From Mobula hypostoma (taxonomy: Eukaryota), in NCBI RefSeq assembly GCF_963921235.1, contig NC_086097.1, positions 161,760,001 to 161,824,000 on the forward strand: DNA of 64,000 bases. The letters run 5' to 3'. This document shows, piece after piece, positions 51,213 to 64,000 of this stretch. Made by a program: the position numbers and the translations under genes. The notes beneath the pieces were generated by a model. It did not search any database and was not told where the DNA came from. It saw nothing but the letters and a program-made list of their open reading frames with translations. Every line of letters starts with the position of its first letter. The first letter of the stretch is position 1.

Positions 51213-51719
51213 TTCAAGCATCAGAGAGCTTGACTCCTAACTCCCCTTTCCACCCCTAAAACTATCCTTGTGAATTGGGGGGGGGGGTGGAATTCTAAAT
51301 TAAACTATTTTTTAAAAAAAAGCAAATCTGAGCAGCAAACTCAATGGAAGTCCTTGTGTATCCATGTTTGCCAGTTCCCTTAAATTGAGTTCAGCCTCCC
51401 ATTTTAGGTATCTGTAAACTTGTGTTGGAAAATTACGCTAGCCAATTTTTCAATCTCTTCTGACACATTCTACTTGTTCAGTAATGAGGGGGGGCTAACC
51501 TATCAACATGATCTCACCATTCTTTAACTTTCTGAGGACCTATTGATGCTAGTTTTCCATACTCCAGTCGATTGAGGGAGGATCCAAGCTTTTCCTACCT
51601 TTCCCCTCTTGAAATTTGTTTTGTTATTTAGCAGCTGCTAAGTGCCTGAGGATATTTAATGACAGATCAATGAAATTATGTTTGCTCATCCCCATCTTGC
51701 TACTGGTTTCCATTTATCC

Positions 51720-52028
51720 TTTATAGGCATCTGTTAGTCTCGTGAGACCATGGATTTGCGCCTTGGAAGGTTTCCAGGGCGCAGGCCTGGGCAAGGTTGT
51801 ATGGAAGACCGGCAGTTGCCCAGGCTGCAGGTTTCCCCACTCCACGCGACAGATGTTGTCCAAGGGAAGGGCACTACGGCCGATACAGCTTGGCACCAGT
51901 GTCGTTGCAGAACAATGTGTGGTTAAGTACCTTGCTCAAGGACACAACACACTGCCTCAGCTGAGGCTTGAACTAGCGACCTGCAGATCACTAAACCGAC
52001 GCCTTAGCCACTTGGCCACACACCAACA
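51720..52028 (-). mobile_element. tRNA-derived SINE
   Basis: A box TGGCCAAGTGG and B box GTTCAAGCC on minus; 9-bp TSD CATTTATCC at 51711-51719 and 52029-52037. Confidence 0.88.
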
Positions 52029-52193
52029 CATTTATCCGGAGTTCTATATTTTTGAGCTTGACCTCTTGCTCAACTCTTTTATCTCACTAAATGCTTTCCT
52101 TTGTTAATACACTCCATAAAAATGTTTTTGTTCCAATTTTGATCATCCATTTCTTCTGACAATGTGGAATAATGTATGTGAACAAAAATAATA

Positions 52194-53716
52194 CAGATGT
52201 CCCCCGCTTTTCGAACGTTTGCTTTACAAAACCTCACTGTTACGAAAGACCTACATTAGTACCCTGTTTTCACTTTCAGAAGGTGTTTTCACTGTTACGA
52301 AAAAAAATTCAGCGCGCAATAAAAGGCAGTGCGCCCCGAGCAGCCGCTCTCCCCCTGATTCAGAACTGCTTTGCTTTAACACGTTTGCAAGATGAGTTCT
52401 ATGGTATCGGAAAAGCTTGAAAGAGCTCGTAAGGGTGTTACACTTATGGTAAAACTAGACATAATTAAGCATTTTGATCATGGTGAACGAAGTAAGGACA
52501 ACGTGAGTTTGGCTTGTGGAAGCTGATGAACATGGTGTTGAAGAGGTTTTGGCATCCCATCACCAAGAACTGACAGATGAAGAGCTGATGCAATTGGAAG
52601 AAAAAAGGATAACAATCGAAACCGAATCAGTAATGATAAAGTACGACTTTAATTTTGAAAGGGTACGTCGGCTTAGGGTATATTTGCAGGATGGTTTGAG
52701 TTCTTGTTAAAGAACTGTGTGACAGAAAAATGTGCGAGGCTCAGCAGTCAAGTAAGCCTTCCACATCAGCCACCGCAGCCGATGAACCTCGACCTTTGAC
52801 ATCGAGGCAGGCAGTCATAGGAGAAGATGAGCTGCCTGGCCTGATCGACAGTGAGATGACACCCCAGTGTCCCACCACCCCAACCCCCAGGCCACGGACA
52901 GATACCGATTCGCGGAAAATGCGAAGGTAGCCGGGAGGCACACAGCACATCTTTAAGAAAAAAGCCGAAATAAACATGCTAATTAATTAGGTGCCGCCAA
53001 CACGTAATTGTCGGCCCAGATCAGAGATGATGCAATTGGAAATCGGCACTGATCTGGGCCAACAATTACAGGCGGCACCTAATTAATTAGCATGTTTGTT
53101 TCAGCTTTTTTCTTAAAGATGTGCTGTGTGCCTCCCGGCTACCACTGCACCCCTGCGTTCTTCGCGGCAATGTATCGGGTTGGCGGCCCGGAGGGTGGGG
53201 GCCACTGCACCACCCAGCCTGCAATGATTCAGTCTAACACACCATCATCAGTGTGCTCGCTGTCTTCCAGATTCCCGTAAGTGATACTACACTGTACATA
53301 CATTATTTCTACTTTATATAGGCTGTGTATTTTTACGTGTTATTTGGTATGATTTGGCACCTTCATAGCTTACTGGAGAGAGTGTTCTTGCCAACAGCGC
53401 TTGCGTGAGATTTTTTGCCGATGGCGCTTGCGTGAGATTTTCACTACGGAGAACAGTTCAGTAATGATTGTGGAAAAGTATTTGTACTTTATATAGGCTG
53501 TGTATTTATCATATCATTCCTGCTTTTACTATATGTCACTGTTATTTTAGGTTTTGTGTGTTATTTGGCATGATTTGGTAGGTTATTTTTGGGTCTGCGA
53601 ATGCTCACAAAATTTTCCCATATAAATAAATGGTAAATGCTTCTTCGCTTTACGACATTTCGGCTTACGAACCGTTTCATAGGAACGCTCTACCTTCGGA
53701 TGGCGGGGGAAACTTG
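52194..53716 (+). mobile_element. Tigger/pogo-like deletion derivative (copy 2)
   Basis: TA|CAGATGTCCCCCGC ... GCGGGGGAAACTTG|TA; KRARKGVTLMVKLDIIKHFDHGERSKD HTH relic; inverted homologue of 21331-22877. Confidence 0.92.
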
Positions 53717-54679
53717 TATGCATTTTTAAGGCAACTGAAGTCTCTTAAATAAGTTGATCTAGGCAGGGAATTGGTAATTCCTAATGTAGTTTCCTCTTAC
53801 ATCTTTACAGATGTTATGGGATAGCCTAATTTTCTCCCATGCTTGTTTTCTATGAAATGCTTGTAGACAGTCCAGAGTTGCTTATCTCATTATCAGAAAA
53901 TAATCATAGCTATCCATACATTAAAGATTAAAGACAGCTGATGCAACAAAGGATTCAACAATGCCTGTAGGTCCAGTCTCGTGAATGGATTAATGCATTT
54001 ATACTTTTCCTTCTGGACTTGTGACTGAATCTGTTTCAGACAGCTGGCTCAAATATTGTCTGGCTGTTGTATGAGCCTAGAAGAAATAGCTTTTAGCCAT
54101 CTTGTAGCAGTTCCTTGGGGGCTTGTGTTCTCAGCATGCGATGGATGCTAATTTGCCATGAAAGCTTTCACTTGCTGCCAAATGTGAAATCTGTCTTGAA
54201 TTAGTGCTATTGATAAATATAGCGAAAAGTGGGTTTAACACAAAGACCGAATTTTCAATCAGCATCACTCAAGGTTTTTGAGTAGTCCTCTAAGTTCCTG
54301 AAAGTGATATTTTTATTTCCCAGAGAGAATAGTCAGAACAGCTAATCATTTAAATGGGGGTCCTAATAATGAGTTCTCTCATTAATTTTAAATTAGTTAT
54401 TCAATAGCAAATTTGACTTCTTCCTATAATTGTATGTTGAAGTTCCAGCTTTTACAGCAAATTAAGTAAAATACTTCAATGTTGAAAATTTTCAGCAAGG
54501 CTGTGGATAATTTCAGCATAGCTCTTGGAACACGTGGCCCCTCCTGTTAAATGGCAGTTGTCAGCTATCCATGACGTGTTCACAGTGTACGGAATACCCT
54601 GGTTTGCCATACTATTATCTGTTAAGGAATTCTTGGCTTGTTCACCTAGAACCACTGGGGCTGGTTTGGTGAGAAGATC

Positions 54680-56990
54680 CAGGAGCATTTAACTCCAGCA
54701 TACCTCAAGAAAAGAAACAAGTTTCAAAACAGTGAAGCACCAAAAAAATAGTCCATGACCTAACAAACAATGGTGGAAGGAAATATGCAGAAAACATAGA
54801 GGGCATGTAGAATTTTTGGTGTATTAATGCTTTCTAATGCTCAAATATTCAAGGACGCTTTCTTGTCCAAAGAAATTATCAGAGCTCATCACTGACAGGA
54901 CAACTTCCAAGAACTCAATTGTGATAATGTCCTTGACATCAGAACTTCGATTCCATCTCACAACAAATAATTCAATCCAGGGTTGTTGTCATCACCAAGG
55001 AAATTGAGGAGGCCACTTGCATGTAGTAGAAAAACAACAATGCCTTAGGAATTGATTGGAAACTTGGAGGAACTACAATTTAAAAATTGCAGCCTCATTT
55101 TCCACATTTGGGTCAGGGAAGTGAGTGCCATAATTGTAATCTGATTGCAGTGGCCATACAGATTTCTCCTTGCCTGCTGTAGGATAAGTTAATGCAAGGG
55201 CTTACCTCATCCACTATCCGCTTGCTGAGGAGTTGCTCGCTGATCATAATGTGGATTTTGTATATATTGATGCACAATGCATGGGATTGCCACAAAGCAT
55301 CATCTCTAGCAGAAAAACATGCAGGATATTGATAATGATACACAGCCACTTTCGACTTCACAAAAGCCTTGGACTCCATTGATCAAGAAAAATTCTGTAG
55401 TATTGTTTTCAATCTGGTTGTCCTTAGAATTTAGTATCCATCCAAAGACACTCAAACTGTGGTAGGTTTACATCTAGAAAATCTTAATGAAGAGTAGCAT
55501 CAAAGTTCAAAAACTCAAAGTAATTTTATTATCAAAATACATGTCACCATATACTACTGCTGCTTAAGCCTATCACCCCGACTGGAGCATAGGCTGTCAA
55601 CAGAAGCTCACCCGACTCCTCCATCCTGGGCCAGTCTTTCAAGTTCTCCCCAGGTGCAACCCATCAAAGATCCTTCCTCTCTTAGGGATGGGATTTCTGG
55701 AACTTCTGTTAACATTGCTGAAGCTCTGGGTTTTTACAGGATGGGATTGCTAGCCTCATGCCATCTTCCTTCCTTTCGCAACTGGGTTGGAGGCCATCTG
55801 TGGCAAAATTATAGACCACCTTGAGATTCATTTTTTGTAGGCATTCACAGTAAATACAAGGAAGCAGAATAGAATCAATGAAAAATTGCATTCAAGATAG
55901 ATAAACAATTAATGTGCAAAGACAACAAATTGCAAATACAGAAAGGAAAAAATGAGACATCATAATAATAATAAATAATAAAGGATAAATATAGAAAACC
56001 TGAGCTGAAACATCCTTGAAAGTGAGTCCTTAATTTGTGGGAATAGTTCAGTGTTGGGGTGAGTGAAGTTACCCCCTTTAGTTCAAGAACCTGATAGTTG
56101 ATGGGTAATAACTGTTCCTGAACCTGCTGGAGTGGGTCTTGAGGCTCTTGTACTACCTCCAAAGTTGAAATTAAAATTTATTAACGGAGTACATGTTACC
56201 ATCTACAGCCCTGAGATTCTTTTTCTGTGGGCATACTTAGCAAATCTATAGAATAGTAACTGTAAGCAGGATCAATAAACCACAAACTGCAAATGCAAAT
56301 ATAAATAAATAATGATAAGTAACGCATGAAATAAAAAGATGGCGTCCTTAAAGTGAGACTATCAGTTCTGGGAATACCAGAAATAGAATGAGTGCACTTA
56401 TCTCCTTTTGTTCAAGAGCCTGATGGTTGAGGGGTAGTAACTGTTCTTGAACCTATGGTGATGTGTTCTGAGGCTTTTGTACCTTTCACCTGATTGCAGC
56501 AGCGAGAAGAGAGCATGGTCCGGATGTTGGGGGTTTTTGATGATGGATTGTGCTTCCCTGTAACAGTGCTCTTTGTAGATGTGCTCAATTGTGGCAAGCA
56601 AGCAAGGTTCCTGAAAATTCTTTTAATCTTTTGTGCCTTAATGCTGCAGTTCTCCAACAACAAACTTCCTGTCAGAGTGCACTTATTCTACTGTACGAAT
56701 AGGAAAATGTTCTTCCTTTACCAAGATCCCCCCTCAAAATCTATTTAGTAAGCTGCGATGTGCATCTTAAAAAGTCCATATTTAAAGGTAGAGCTTACGA
56801 CCTTGAAATAAAATAGAACCGTCTCCATATCTCAAGAACCATCCCTCAAGGAAGACAGACATTGATGAAATTCATCATCACCTTCAAAGCCTTTTTCCTT
56901 TGGCTGACTGAGAAAAGGAGTATTTGAAGATGAAGACTTTGCAAACCTGGCACAAAGTTTGAGATGATATCCACCCTCCTATGCATTTGA
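54680..56990 (+). mobile_element. Old RTE-clade LINE relic split by later insertions at 55500-56600
   Basis: FDFTKALDSID followed by GCP (~55350-55425); resumes with KTDIDEIHH..KGVFED (~56850-56935). Confidence 0.6.
55500..56600 (-). mobile_element. Two tandem Rex1/Babar-like 3' ends with a small nested insertion (~55555-55810)
   Basis: Two AAAGTT..TTTATTA tails (55501, 56161); ORF 56398-56601 FSLLQSGERYKSLRTH..RFKNSYYPSTIRLLN. Confidence 0.8.
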
Positions 56991-56994
56991 GAAT

Positions 56995-57430
56995 AACACA
57001 CACAATATGCTGGAGGAACTCAGCAGTTCATCAGGATGAAGGGCCTTGGTCTGAAACATTGACTGGTTATTTCTATCCATAGATGTTACCTGATCTGCAG
57101 AGTGCATCCAGCATTTTGTGTGTGTTAGACTGGATTTCTAGCATCTGCTGGAGGGTCACTCCAAATTCTCACTCACCTGTTCTGTCAATTGTCATCTGTC
57201 TTAATGTAGTCTCTATGCCCCACGAGAACCACAGAACAAAGGCAGATGCAAAGCTGGTGATCACATACACAACAGTTTCTGCAAATGCTGGAAATCTGGA
57301 GTTGCACATACACACAAAATGCTGCAGGAACTCAGCAGGTCAGGCAGGATCAATGGAGAGGAATAAAGAGTTGACGTTTTGGGCCTAGACCTTCATTGGG
57401 ACTGGAAAGGAAGTGGGAAGAAGCAAACTT
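56995..57430. mobile_element. Penelope-like terminal fragments: fold-back unit 56995-57150 and minus-strand unit 57265-57430
   Basis: AACACACACAATATGCTGGA ... TCCAGCATTTTGTGTGTGTT arms around GATGAAGGGCCTTGGTCTGAAACATTGACTG. Confidence 0.75.
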
Positions 57431-57594
57431 GTAAGAATATTCAATTCTATTACGGATATTAGCTTCCATAGTAACCAAGACATCAAGGAGTGGTGCCTTA
57501 GGAACGTGATGTCCATCATTAAGGACCCCCTTCACCCAGGGTATGCACGCTTCTCGTTGTTACCGCCGGAAAGGAGGTACAGAAGCTTGAACCA

Positions 57595-57925
57595 GTTTGG
57601 CCATTCCCCTCTGACCTCTCTTATTCACAAGGCATTTTTACTCACAGAACCTCCGCTCACTGGATGCTTTATTTGAATTTTACACTATTCTCTGTAAACT
57701 CGAGAGACTGTCGTGCATGAAAACTCAAGGAGATGAGCAGTTTCTGAAATACTCAAACAACGCTGTCTGACTACAGCAATTATTCCACAGTCATAGTCAC
57801 TTAAATCACATTTCTTCCCCACTGATGTTTGGTCTGAACTGGACTTCTTGACCGTGTCTGCATGCATTTATGCGTTGAATTGCTGCCACATGATTGGCTG
57901 ATTAGATATTTGCATTAGAGTAAGC
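57595..57925 (-). mobile_element. Tc1-like transposon fragment (N-terminal HTH)
   Basis: GKKCDLSDYDCGII..LSISETAHLLEFSCTTVSRVYRE. Confidence 0.8.
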
Positions 57926-58139
57926 ACACAATATTTTTCCCAGGAAGGGGAACTATAAACTGAAAGGCATGGGTTAAGGTGAGAGATGAAAGGGACTTGA
58001 GGGCCAACATCTGTAGAGAGTGGTGCATAAATGGAATGAGCTGTCAGAGGAAGTAGTTGAAGAGAGTACATACAGTAGCAACATAAGTACATAAGATGGA
58101 TTTGGACAGGCCAATGGGCCTTTTGCCAAGCTGCACTAC

Positions 58140-59280
58140 TCACAGGAGAAGGAATTTGTTGAATACCTACGATGTTTTTTTTAAGAGCAGCTTGTATTTG
58201 AGCTACTCAGAGCAAGTATCTTAGATTGGGTGTTGTGTAATAATCCAGATTTTATTAGGGAGCTTAAGGTAAAGGAACCCTTAGGAGGCAGTGATCATAA
58301 TAATGAATTCATTCTGTAATTTGAGAGGGAGAAGCACAAGTCACGTGTATCAGTATTGCAATGGAATAAAGGAAATTACAGAGGCATGAGAGAGGAGCTC
58401 ACCCAGGTGGTTTGGAGGAGGATACTGATGAAGATGACAGCAGAGCAGAGGTGACTGAAGTTTCTGGAAATATTTCACAAGGCGCAGGGTGGAAATGTCC
58501 CACAGAGGTAGTTCTCAAATGACAAGGGAAGTTAAGGACTACATAAAAGCTAAGGAAAAGGCATATAATGTAGCAAAACATCAGAGGTGCAGACTCCCAG
58601 AAGGTTAATTTACAGGTTGAGTCTGTGGTAAAGAAGGCAAATGCAATGTTGGAATTTAGTTCAAGGGGAAAAGAATATAAAAACAGGGCAATAATGACGA
58701 GGCTTTATAAGATACTATTCAGGCGCACTTGGAATATTGTCAACAGTTTTTGGTCCCATATCTCAGAAAAGATGTGTTGTCATTTTAGAGAGTCCAGAGG
58801 AGGTTCACGAGGATGATTCTGGGAATGAAAGTGTTAACATATGAGGAGCGCTTGGCAGCTTTGGGCCTGTACTCACTGGAATTTAGAATGTGGGGGGAAT
58901 CTCCTTGAAACCTAATGAATGTTGAAAGAACTAGATAAGGTGGATGTGGAGAGGATGTTTCCTATGGTGGGGGTGTCCAGAACTAGAGGGCACAGTCTCA
59001 AAATTGAGGGGTGACCCTTTAGAATGGCGGTAAGAAGGATTTTTTTTTTAGCTACAGTGTAGTGAATCTGTGGGATGCTCCAGAGACAGCTGTAGAGGCC
59101 AAGTCCGTGGGTATATTTAAAGCAGAAATTGATAATTTCCTGATTGGTCAGGGCATCCAAGGATATGGTGAGAAGGGAGGTGTATGGGGTTGAGTGGGAT
59201 CTGGAATCAGCCATGAGAGTATGGTGGAGTAGACTCGATGGGCTGAATGGCCTAATATTGCTCCTATGTCTTATGGAGTT
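58140..59280 (+). mobile_element. Decayed CR1 LINE with large internal deletion
   Basis: EPLGGSDH endonuclease end joined to VKKANAML..LYSLEF 3' part and TGCTCCTATGTCTTATGG tail. Confidence 0.85.
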
Positions 59281-60839
59281 GACAAAAAATGTATTTCAGC
59301 CAAAAGACCATGTAAAGGGAAAGTGGATCATGTTGGTGCAGCAGTTGATTTTATATGTGCAACTTTGAATAGCAATTTCTTTTCCCAAATAAACTAAAAA
59401 TTGATTTATTTTGTTTATCTTCCTTGCACCAGCTTTATGAAATGGAGTCATTTTTGATTATCTAGTGTATAAGTTTGCTAATATCTTTAGAAATATAACT
59501 GATTATAAATTTTGTTTTCTTGCAACTCAGGATCATTTTCAAGATGGTTGTATTTTAAGTAGCCATTTTATCATCACCATTAGGTTTAAATCCTGGATAT
59601 TTATGCCTAGAAACATAATGAGAGTGTTTTTTTAACGAGAGATTGTAATGGTTTAGAAAACTGGCAATAAGTGCTGGCCAAATAGACTACACAACTCCCA
59701 AAATTGATAGTCTTCTGTGATTCGTGTGTGTACCTATGCACATAGAGTAAAAAAAACAAACACTTGGATATTTGGAAAATTGGAATCGACCATGCTTTTA
59801 GATCTTGCCATTGATGACTTACCATACAAGTGAAACTATTAGAATTTATTTCATCAATTTAGTTAAACAGAAGTGAGAAGTATCAGATACTTAGCAATTA
59901 CCAAAAACCATAACTGTTTTCATATCTTAATTAAGTCTTTGAAAATAAATTGGATTTACTTCTGATCCATGTGGTTTGTAAAATAAATGTAATTGGTGAA
60001 ATCTGGCTATTAAGCCGAGGTAAACATAAGAAATTGAAGTTTTTTTTAAACAGTGAGAATAATGTTTAAGAAATTTTTCCATAGTTAAGATTGATGTATT
60101 TTCTCCAGGTCAGGTTATGATTTGTTTTATTATTCTCAATTGCTTTTTAAGAAAATCAGCTTAGTATGAAATAGTGTTATTGCAATACTGTATCTTCTGA
60201 ATGCTGTTAGATGATAAATTGATAAAAGAAATGAAAAATCTTTGGATTCTAGAAATATGAAAGTTTAAAAATGATACTGAAAATACTCAGCAGGCCAAGC
60301 AATAGCAGTGGGGAAAAGAAACAGTGTCAGGTAGAAGGCACTTCGACAAAACTCATTTTGATCTTTATGGCAGCATGTATTTGATACTATACATCAGTTT
60401 CATTCTGGTTGTTGCAAGTTAAACTATATAATGTTTATTTTCCTTGTAGTTTAACTTCCTTATGCTTGTATTTTTATATAGTTACCTATGTATATGCATT
60501 TGTTCAGTGTGTATCCCAGTGGTTACAGTTCCTCTATTCTAGACACTTCTTTCTTCTAGTGGTGGGTATCACATTACTTGAATGGGGGCTATCTTATAGG
60601 TTGATTCAAGCAACAGAATTTGAATTGAATCTATTGCTAATTCACGAATTGGTCTAAGAATTCACAAAGAGGCGCTGGGTTTGGTCTCTTTGTCTTTTTG
60701 GGCCTTTGTATCTCTGTCTCTCTTCATAAAAACAGCCATTAGCAAAAAGTTTTATGCCTCATTCTTGACTTCTGAAGAACCTTGGATCAAAAACATCCGT
60801 ATCCAAAAGAGGTAGCAAATACTGGAAGAAATTTTTCCT

Positions 60840-61545
60840 GTTTAAATAATTGAACAATTTTACATGGGGATATAAAGGTCTCAGTGCCGTACAGAGGAGT
60901 GTAAGTGAGGTTGAGGAGTTGCACTACCAATGATAAAGAATGTAATAAAGGTAGTTACAGAAGAAATCCTGGAGGGCTAATCCAATGAGCCAATATGTAT
61001 TGATTCAGGAGTAAGAAAGGTGCAGTTTGATGAGGTTATTCTTTGAGTTTAACAATGGCCAACAGGAAGTAGAGGGGAAAAAGATGGAGGTTGACGATGG
61101 AGAGATATAAAAACAACAGGGTTATTGCAGCAGGTGGCTTCATTTTCTCCAATGGTAACTGTTTCTCACTTGGTATCAGAGGCTTAAGTAGGCAGAATAT
61201 GTTAGGGGATGTGGAGAGGATGTTTCCTATTGTGGAACTGTCTAGACCAGAGGGCACAGCCTCAGAATGGAGGGACATCTGTTTAGAACAGAGATGAGGA
61301 GGAATTTTTTTAGCCAGATGGTGGTTTATCTGTGGAATCAGTTGCCACAGGCGGCTGTGGAGATGGTCATTGAGTACATTTAAAGCAGAAGTTGATAAGT
61401 TTTGATTAGTCAGGGCATTAACGGTTACAGGGTGAAGGCAGGAGAATGGGGTTGAGAAGGAATAATAAATCAGCCATGATGGGATTGTGGAACAGACTTG
61501 ATTGGCCAAATTACCTATTTCTGCCTCTATGTCTTATGGCCTTTT
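60840..61545 (+). mobile_element. CR1 fragments (EN relic plus 3' end)
   Basis: GATGTGGAGAGGATGTTTCCTAT..GGGCACAGCCTCAGAAT and TCTATGTCTTATGG tail. Confidence 0.8.
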
Positions 61546-63564
61546 AACCCAACATTTTTGATCCTTTACTTTTAAAACAAAGATTAGTTCAGCAATTATT
61601 TGTGGCAGAGTATTTCACCCATGATAGGGTTGAATCTTCCTGGATGTCGCCAGTACTCCCACCCATTGGCATGGGAGTAAATTCCAGACTTGTACATTTT
61701 GTGGAGTGTATGGAACTGCAGATTGGTTGTGCAGTGGCAGAGTCCTGCCTGAAATATTGCTACTCAAATCCCATGCCAGGTCAGATTTTATATCAATGGG
61801 GATTGGGGGTCTGTGGATTGAAAGTAAATACCCATTTATTTACCTAATATTTTTGTTTGCTTACATTGTAATGGCTTTGAAAAAAATCTCAGTGGTTAGA
61901 GGTGCACTTCAAAAGCTTACTATCAATGATAATTTGAAAATAAATATAGCTGCATTCTCTCACCTTTACTTTTTGTCAGGAACTCGGAGATCAGAGTTTC
62001 CTTGCATACCTAATGCCTAGTTCAAGGGTGTGGAAGACTAGTGAGGTCAGTCCTCTATATCCAGTACTCATGACTGCGACTGTGCAGGAAAAGTGGGTAA
62101 TGATTCTGAGCCGTTGCTCAGATCTAGCAAAATTCTTCTGTTCTGTAACTGTCTTTTCGCACAAATTTTGTGTGCTGCAATAATATCTTGCAAATGTGTT
62201 GCTTGGATTTCCAGCATCTGCAGATTTTTTCTTGTTTGTGATATTTTCCTTGTTTTTTTTTATATAGATGTTTCCAATGAATATCACTAGATGGATGAGT
62301 GTGTATTACTTAATCTTCTGATACAAGTCTTAGATTAGGTTACTGGGATTTTGATAAAAACCTATTGATCAGATGGTATAATTTGAGTTGTTGGCTTTCA
62401 CTGTATTAACTTACTAAGTTTCTATTAACTTGAGGTTGTCCAAGCTATGATGAAGTCCCAGCTTTTTCCTCTTGCATTTTCCCATCATTCTTGTACTTTC
62501 TAATCTAAAGTAATTCCTGGTTAAGTGATTTTAAATATTCTCACTCTCATTTTTGAATTCCTCATTGGCCGCCCCCTTCTCACCTTGGTAATCACCCCGG
62601 CCCTAAAAATCTCTGCGATATCCATGTCTGTCTAATTCTGGCATCTGACTCATCATCCAGATTTAATTACCATGCCATGACAGCTGTGCCCTCATCTCCC
62701 AAGGCAGTTAGCTCTGTAATTTTCTCCCTAAATTTCACTTCTCTTCTCAACCTTCTCCTTTTAAGATAGTTGCTAAAACTGAGCTCATTCAAGAAGGCTT
62801 TGGTCTTCTGCCCGAACGTCTCTGTGGTTCAGTCAAATATTGCTTAATAATGCTTCTGCAAAGCACCTTGGGGCATTTTGTATACATCAAAGCTACAATG
62901 ATAAATGATAATTGCAATGTTGGAAACACTTTAAGTTGATTAATTAAGATGGTCATTTGTGAAGCATAAAGGTCCACCACTAAATGGAATATGTATTAGT
63001 TTAATGAATCTTCAAGTAAATAGGTAGTACTTGCTGGAACCAAACATTTTTAATATTGTGCAGCATAGCTGAGATCTACACAGCCTTAAGCTTGTATTAA
63101 TAATGAAAATTATATCTTGTTTTGATTTTCTGTCATCAAACATGTTTGTCACACCTGTCTGAAGAGTTAAAAGTCGTTTGAATTACAAAGGTAAGCTCAA
63201 TGAATTTAGAGCTCCATCTGAGTTTATTGACTTTTTAAAAAAAAACAAAAACTGAGTATAGTAGTTAAATACCTAGCATTCATTTAACTGTAGTTATATG
63301 TGAACTTGTATCGGTGGTTAACTGTATTTGTGAAGGATAAAGTGTTACAGTTACAGAAAAAGTGCAGGCAAGCAAACAATTTATATAGTAGATTGTGAGG
63401 TCAAGAGTTCTCATTAAACTCGGGGTTCATTCTGTAGTATTGCAACAGGATAGAAACTTTCCTTGAGCACAGTGGTTTGAATGTGCTTTAGGTTTTTGTA
63501 TATTCATGAGGGGGCTGGAATTATCAGGGTGGGTGGAGTCTTTAAATATGTTGTGTTATATACC

Positions 63565-63960
63565 ACAGAAGACAGGATTTCTTGGTGGCCACCCATTTCA
63601 CTTCAACTTCCCGTTCCCATTCTGCCATGTCGGTTCATGGCCCCTTCTACAGCTACGATGAGTTGGAGGAGCAATACCTCCTATACTGTCTGGTTAGCCT
63701 CCAATCTGATGGCATGAGCATCAATTTCTCAAACTTCTGATTCCTCTCACATCCCTTCTCTTCTCATTTGCCCCTCATCTGCTCATCACTAGTGGTGCCC
63801 CTCCTCCTTGCCTTTCTTGCTCGGTCCACTCTTCTTCCCTATCAGATTCTTCCTCCTTCAGCACTTCTTCCACCTATCACCTCCATCCCTCACCCACCCA
63901 TCTTCTGCCTTACCTGGTTTCACCTATCACTTGCTGGCTTGTGCTCCTTCCCCTTGCCTT
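63565..63960 (+). mobile_element. Decayed Penelope-like fragment
   Basis: GGTGGCCACCCATTTCA..GGAGGAGCAATACCTC..CCTCCAATCTGATGGCATGA homologous to 20854-21030. Confidence 0.8.
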
Positions 63961-64000
63961 AACATCGCCCTGTGCAAGATGAATGTCTTAGCCGCTAACT

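Noticed and set aside
51960..52028. tRNA-like sequence
   Set aside because: SINE head with body and TSD; no complete cloverleaf
1..64000. CRISPR arrays, prokaryotic operons, rRNA or endogenous viral genes
   Set aside because: No regularly spaced repeats, no gene-dense organisation and no such motifs seen; content is vertebrate repeat DNA

Overview
AT-rich eukaryotic non-coding DNA (long intron or intergenic) that consists largely of transposable-element relics. The repeat types (CR1 LINEs with TTCTATG/ATAAG tails, Rex1/Babar-like and RTE LINEs, tRNA-headed SINEs, Penelope-like elements, Tc1 and Tigger/pogo transposons) suggest a cartilaginous fish, probably a ray or shark; this is inference. 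I recognised no intact host protein-coding gene. All recognisable ORFs are TE-derived and broken. The most notable signals are: (i) repeated minimal type I hammerhead-ribozyme motifs (stem I-CTGANGA-stem II-GAAAC-GTC-stem I') carried by Penelope-like elements and by 100-200 bp non-coding or fold-back derivatives; (ii) a ~1.1 kb non-autonomous Helitron that keeps STPR-like repeats; (iii) three Tigger-like deletion derivatives, one with a ~218 bp internal palindrome; (iv) a full-length DD34E Tc1 with 214 bp IR/DR termini; (v) TE-poor blocks that may hold conserved enhancers. Boundaries of old repeats are approximate and were read by eye.
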